A stretch of DNA of 64,000 nt from an uncultured Actinomycetota bacterium. Its GTDB lineage: Bacteria; Actinomycetota; Actinomycetes; JACCUZ01. A program made the translations under genes and the position numbers. Below, one piece after another: positions 60,479 through 64,000 of the stretch (positions are counted from its first letter, which is position 1; each line of letters starts with the position of its first letter). Under the pieces are notes generated by a model. That model did not search any database, was not told the origin of the DNA, and saw nothing but the letters and a program-made list of their open reading frames with translations. The DNA is taken from contig CAVOOW010000008.1 in NCBI GenBank assembly GCA_963697675.1, forward strand, positions 2,268 to 66,267, given 5' to 3'.

Positions 60479-61261
60479 ATGCCGAGCTACGACGACGACC
60501 TCCGCCTCGCGCACGTGCTCGCTGACGCAGCCGACTCCATCACTTTGTCGCGCTTTCGGGCCCAGGACTTGAGGGTGGACACCAAAGCAGATCTCACGCC
60601 CGTCTCAGACGCCGATCGCAGCGCCGAGGAGTCGATCCGCGGCACGCTCGCGCGGGCCCGGCCGCGCGACGCCATCTCCGGCGAGGAGTTCCCCGACACC
60701 GGTCACGGACCGCGGCGCTGGGTCATCGACCCGATCGACGCCACCAAGAACTTCGTCCGGGGCGTGCCGGTGTGGGCGACGCTGATCGCGCTGATGGACG
60801 GTGACACCGTCGCGGCGGGCCTCGTCTCGGCCCCGGCGCTGCACCGGCGCTGGTGGGCGGCGTCGGGAACCGGCGGCTACACGGGCAAGAGCCTGTCCTC
60901 GGCAACACGGCTGGCGGTGTCCGGGGTGAGCGACCTCGAGCGGGCCTCGCTGTCCTTCTCGAGCCTCGGCGGATGGGGCAAGGCGGGTCTGGAGAAGCAG
61001 TTCCTCGAGCTCAACCGCTCGGTGTTGCGGGCCCGCGGGTTCGGGGACTTCTGGTCCTACATGCTCGTGGCGGAGGGCGCCGTCGACATCGCCGCGGAGC
61101 CCGAGGTCCTGCTGCACGACCTGGCCGCACCGGCGATCATCGTGACCGAGGCGGGCGGGCGGTTCACCGATCTGTCCGGAAAGGACGGGCCGGCCGGTGG
61201 CAGCGCCGTCGCGACCAACGGCCTGCTGCACGACGAGGTCGTCGCACTGCTCAGCCCGTGA
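60479..61261 (+). CDS. hisN: histidinol-phosphatase (inositol monophosphatase family)
   Basis: ATG 60479 ([11 protein letters not shown]...). Motifs: [31 protein letters not shown]. Confidence 0.8.
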   Translation: MPSYDDDLRLAHVLADAADSITLSRFRAQDLRVDTKADLTPVSDADRSAEESIRGTLARARPRDAISGEEFPDTGHGPRRWVIDPIDATKNFVRGVPVWATLIALMDGDTVAAGLVSAPALHRRWWAASGTGGYTGKSLSSATRLAVSGVSDLERASLSFSSLGGWGKAGLEKQFLELNRSVLRARGFGDFWSYMLVAEGAVDIAAEPEVLLHDLAAPAIIVTEAGGRFTDLSGKDGPAGGSAVATNGLLHDEVVALLSP

Positions 61262-61313
61262 CATCGCAGTCTGTCCACGGAAATAGCTGACTTCGGTCGA
61301 CGAACCGACCTGT

Positions 61314-62111
61314 TCAGGCACGATCCGGCGTACGAGCGGCGCGGGCGCGCGCAGTCGTACGGCGCACCACGAGCAGCAGGGCCGGACCGGCCAGCACAGC
61401 TGCCAGGTCGAACCATCCGTACCCTCCTGCCGCCCCCGACGGCGGGTTGCCGATCGCGACCAGACCGGTCGGGTCATGGGTCTGCCAGGCCCACGTGCCG
61501 AGCCAGGTGCCGAGCAGCTCGAGATAGGTGACAACGGCGAAAGCACCGACGTACAGGGTCTGTGACCGGCCCCAGCGCAGGAAGCCGAGCAGGCAGAGGA
61601 ACCAGAACGCCCCCAGCACGTCGAGGCGCGGCGACCAGATCAGTCCCCACGCGGCGTAGGCCCCGCCCACGACGACGGTGGCTGTCATCAGCGGTCGGCG
61701 GCGCGCCACGACCCAGGCCAACCGGCCGATCGCGAGCGCGCAGAGGTAGACGAGGCCGTGGCCGGGCGGCACGAAGGCGGGCACGTTGTGGAGGCGGTAG
61801 ACGTACACCTCGAGCAGCGGCGAGAACGTGTACTCGACGGCGGTGGCGAACGCGACCACGACGGCGACCTGCGCGCGCACCAACGGGCTCTCGCGCCAGA
61901 GCAGGGCGAGGAGCAGCAGCCAGGTGCCCGCGCCGAGCGCCCGCTGGAACCAGATGTCGGCGCCGCGGTCGAGCAGCAGGACGAGCGGCACCCAGGTCAG
62001 CGTGACGGGGACGGGGAGGGCCGGGCTGCGCAGCCACGAGGTCGGCCAGCGGAGCGGACGGCGAGCAGCCAGCGGCGGCGCCGCCGACGTCACTGTCGCC
62101 TCTGCGGTCAT
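61314..62111 (-). CDS. hypothetical polytopic membrane protein
   Basis: ATG 62111, six to seven hydrophobic segments. The upstream part of ORF 61314..62552 is antisense to the CBS gene. Confidence 0.55.
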   Translation of the reverse strand: MTAEATVTSAAPPLAARRPLRWPTSWLRSPALPVPVTLTWVPLVLLLDRGADIWFQRALGAGTWLLLLALLWRESPLVRAQVAVVVAFATAVEYTFSPLLEVYVYRLHNVPAFVPPGHGLVYLCALAIGRLAWVVARRRPLMTATVVVGGAYAAWGLIWSPRLDVLGAFWFLCLLGFLRWGRSQTLYVGAFAVVTYLELLGTWLGTWAWQTHDPTGLVAIGNPPSGAAGGYGWFDLAAVLAGPALLLVVRRTTARARAARTPDRA

Positions 62112-62255
62112 CGTGGCGAGTATGGCAGCCGGGCCGGTTCCAGGTTGTGCATGATCGATTGGTAGAGGGCGATCGGTGGGGGTTAGTCGTGTCAAGGTGC
62201 TTGTGAGGGGCGGGTGAGGCGGGGCACTATGGCACGACCGAGGAGGTGGCCCCCC

Positions 62256-62654
62256 ATGCAGGTGCGCGAGGCGATGAGCACCACGGTGCTCACGATCGGG
62301 CCGGACCACACGTTGCGCGAGGCCAGTCGTCAGATGCTGATCCGCAAGGTCGGTGCTGCGGTCGTCCACGACCCCGACGGTGCGGGCATCGGCATCCTTA
62401 CCGAGCGCGACGTCCTGCATTCGGTCGGTGCGGGGCAGGACGCCGACGTGGAGAAGGTCCGCGACCATCTGACCGCCGAGCTGGTCTTCGCCGCGCCGAG
62501 CTGGACCCTCGACCAGGCGGCCGAGGCGATGGCGCACGGCGGTTTCCGGCACCTGGTGGTCCTCGAGGGCGGCGACGTCGCGGGCATCGTGTCGGTGCGC
62601 GACATCATGGCGTGCTGGAGCAGGGAACGGTCGGCCAACGAACTCGTCGGCTAG
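62256..62654 (+). CDS. CBS domain protein
   Basis: ATG 62256 follows GAGGAGG. It has two CBS repeats (...VGAAVVHD..., ...GFRHLVVLEGGDVAGIVSVRDI). Confidence 0.8.
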   Translation: MQVREAMSTTVLTIGPDHTLREASRQMLIRKVGAAVVHDPDGAGIGILTERDVLHSVGAGQDADVEKVRDHLTAELVFAAPSWTLDQAAEAMAHGGFRHLVVLEGGDVAGIVSVRDIMACWSRERSANELVG

Positions 62655-63150
62655 CCGCTCTCCTCAGGCTCGCGTTCCTTGAATCGCAGCAGGACCGCGG
62701 CACCGGAGAGGACCAGGCGAGAACGCCGAGGACGGCGACCTCCTGGAGTGCATCCGCGAACCGGTCGCCCTTGCCTACGTAGTCGGCAGCGCGCACCGAA
62801 AGCACAATGATCTCCTTGATCGAGGCGATGATGCCGACGATCAGGAACGGTTCCGCGATGATCTCGCGCTTGCGCAGCGTGACACGCACGGCGAACAACA
62901 GCTCCACGACGATGAACACCAGCAACAGCCGGTCAAGGATCTCCAGCACGACTCCGCTGGCACCGAGATCAGCCAGATTTCGGAAGCCCAGAGCGGCATC
63001 GACGAGAAGAACGGCTGCGGCGGCGGCAAGCAGGGCGGCGATCGCGACATATATGGCGTCTTCGACGAAGACCAGCAGTCGGCTGCCGAACTTCGCATAG
63101 CGCGGTACATCGTCAGACGGCTGCCGACTGGCCTGCTCGGGAGCGGCCAA
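62651..63150 (-). pseudogene. PsiE-like (phosphate-starvation-inducible E family) membrane protein, frame change near 62700-62715
   Basis: TTG 63150. Motifs: LLVFVEDAIYVAIA..., IIAEPFLIVGIIASIKEII. A TM-like C-terminus (LVLSGAAVLLRFKEREPEESG, stop 62651) lies in another frame. Confidence 0.6.
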
Positions 63151-63151
63151 C

Positions 63152-63359
63152 TCAGGCCACGTGGCTGCGTGCGGCGGCTCCGCGGAGCTGGCTCGGCCAG
63201 CCCGAACGCGACCACCACGGCCTCACCGCAGACCATGCAGGCCCACTCGGGGCAGTCGACGCCGTGACCGTGGTCGTCGAGGCAGTCAGGCTGCTCGAAG
63301 GCCGCGTCAGCACGGCAGGTCGTGCACCACGAGATCGTCGTCGCCGCGAAGTCAGCCAT
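63152..63359 (-). CDS. small Cys-rich (zinc-ribbon-like) protein; 3' end unresolved
   Basis: MADFAATTISWCTTCRADAAFEQPDCLDDHGHGVDCPEWACMVCGEAVV... This frame has no stop before it overlaps the PsiE-like gene. A stop is available at 63152 only in another frame. Confidence 0.3.
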
Positions 63360-63607
63360 CGCCTTCTCCCCTCGCCTCGGATGCCGCGCATCGAACCAAC
63401 GACCCCGGTTGGGTCATCTCTCCCGAGACTGACACGGCGGTCGGACAGAAACCCGCAGGCGCGCCGCGTGTCGTCATGTCGACAAGGTGCGACCGACAAG
63501 ATGCCGCTACCTGCACATTCGCTGGCGCGAGGCGTGTAGACGGGTGATCATGGGGTACGACGCCAGCCCCCGCCGCCGTTCGGCCCGCTTCCCCCGGGAG
63601 TCATCGC

Positions 63608-64000
63608 ATGCCACAAAGCATCTGGAAGGGCGCGATCTCGTTCGGCCTGGTCTCGATCCCCGTGCGGCTCTACAGCGCGACGGAGGAGAAGGACATCTCC
63701 TTCCGACAGGTGCACCGCGACGACGGAGGGCGGATCCGCTACAAGCGGGTCTGCTCGGTCGACGGCGAAGAGGTGCCCTACGGCGACATCGCCAAGGGCT
63801 ATGAGCTGCCCGACGGCGAGATGATCATCCTCGACGACGAGGACTTCGCGAACCTGCCGATCTCGTCCTCCCGGGCGGTCGAGGTGCTCAGCTTCGTGCC
63901 CGCCGAACAGGTCGACGCGGTGCAGCTGGGCAAGGCCTACTTCTGCGACCCGACCGGTGGCGACATCAAGCCCTATGTCCTGTTGCGTGACTCGCTGGAG
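63608..64000 (+). CDS. ku: Ku protein (NHEJ), 5' part; runs off the window
   Basis: MPQSIWKGAISFGLVSIPVRLYSATEEKDISFRQVH...YKRVC... The frame is open to the window end. Confidence 0.9.
   Translation, partial: MPQSIWKGAISFGLVSIPVRLYSATEEKDISFRQVHRDDGGRIRYKRVCSVDGEEVPYGDIAKGYELPDGEMIILDDEDFANLPISSSRAVEVLSFVPAEQVDAVQLGKAYFCDPTGGDIKPYVLLRDSLE

Overview
The window joins two unrelated segments. No tools were used: CDS coordinates come from the ORF track, and non-ORF coordinates were hand-counted (about +/-2 nt).

Segment 1 (1-6450) is moderate-GC, roughly 45-60% per line by eye. Its genes look like those of Gram-negative soil phyla:
- a PQQ sugar dehydrogenase and a DUF5916/CBM9-like gene, each with several frame changes
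- an intact NHL-repeat exported protein
- a 180-bp palindromic intergenic element
- the 5' half of an ABC-F ATPase, cut off mid-domain at 6450

Segment 2 (6451-64000) is >70% GC actinobacterial chromosome. It opens with the end of a serine-integrase element inserted in a DUF222/13E12-type HNH gene. It then carries mmuM, paaN, an M23 peptidase, a 4-gene ACAD-fold/PIG-L/NodS-like/GT2 operon, a sigma-70 factor, two MFS pumps, kgd, DUF4097-PadR, malic enzyme, sodN/sodX, tandem methyltransferase paralogs and bioD/bioB. These are followed by an SSS symporter, pilT, accC plus a small BCCP, a DUF5317/7TM-HD/HD-GYP locus, MarR, a 24-aa bL37 gene, sigH-rshA, a second PQQ dehydrogenase, SRAP, aroA, rsgA, hisN and the start of Ku.

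I recognised no rRNA, tRNA or CRISPR array.

Most notable observations:
1. The composition and lineage break at 6450/6451.
2. A phiRv1-like integrase/DUF222 junction.
3. An uncharacterised, translationally coupled glyco-tailoring-like operon.
4. A duplicated promoter/operator module linking the PadR operon to a 54-codon ORF 3.7 kb away.
5. In-frame 9/27-nt repeats with one 8-nt unit at the 5' end of an MFS gene.
6. Several repeat-rich intergenic islands that share CATGATCATG-type motifs.
7. A perfect 77-bp tandem duplication in front of rsgA.
8. An unusually high density of frameshifted or truncated genes, which could be decay or indel sequencing error.
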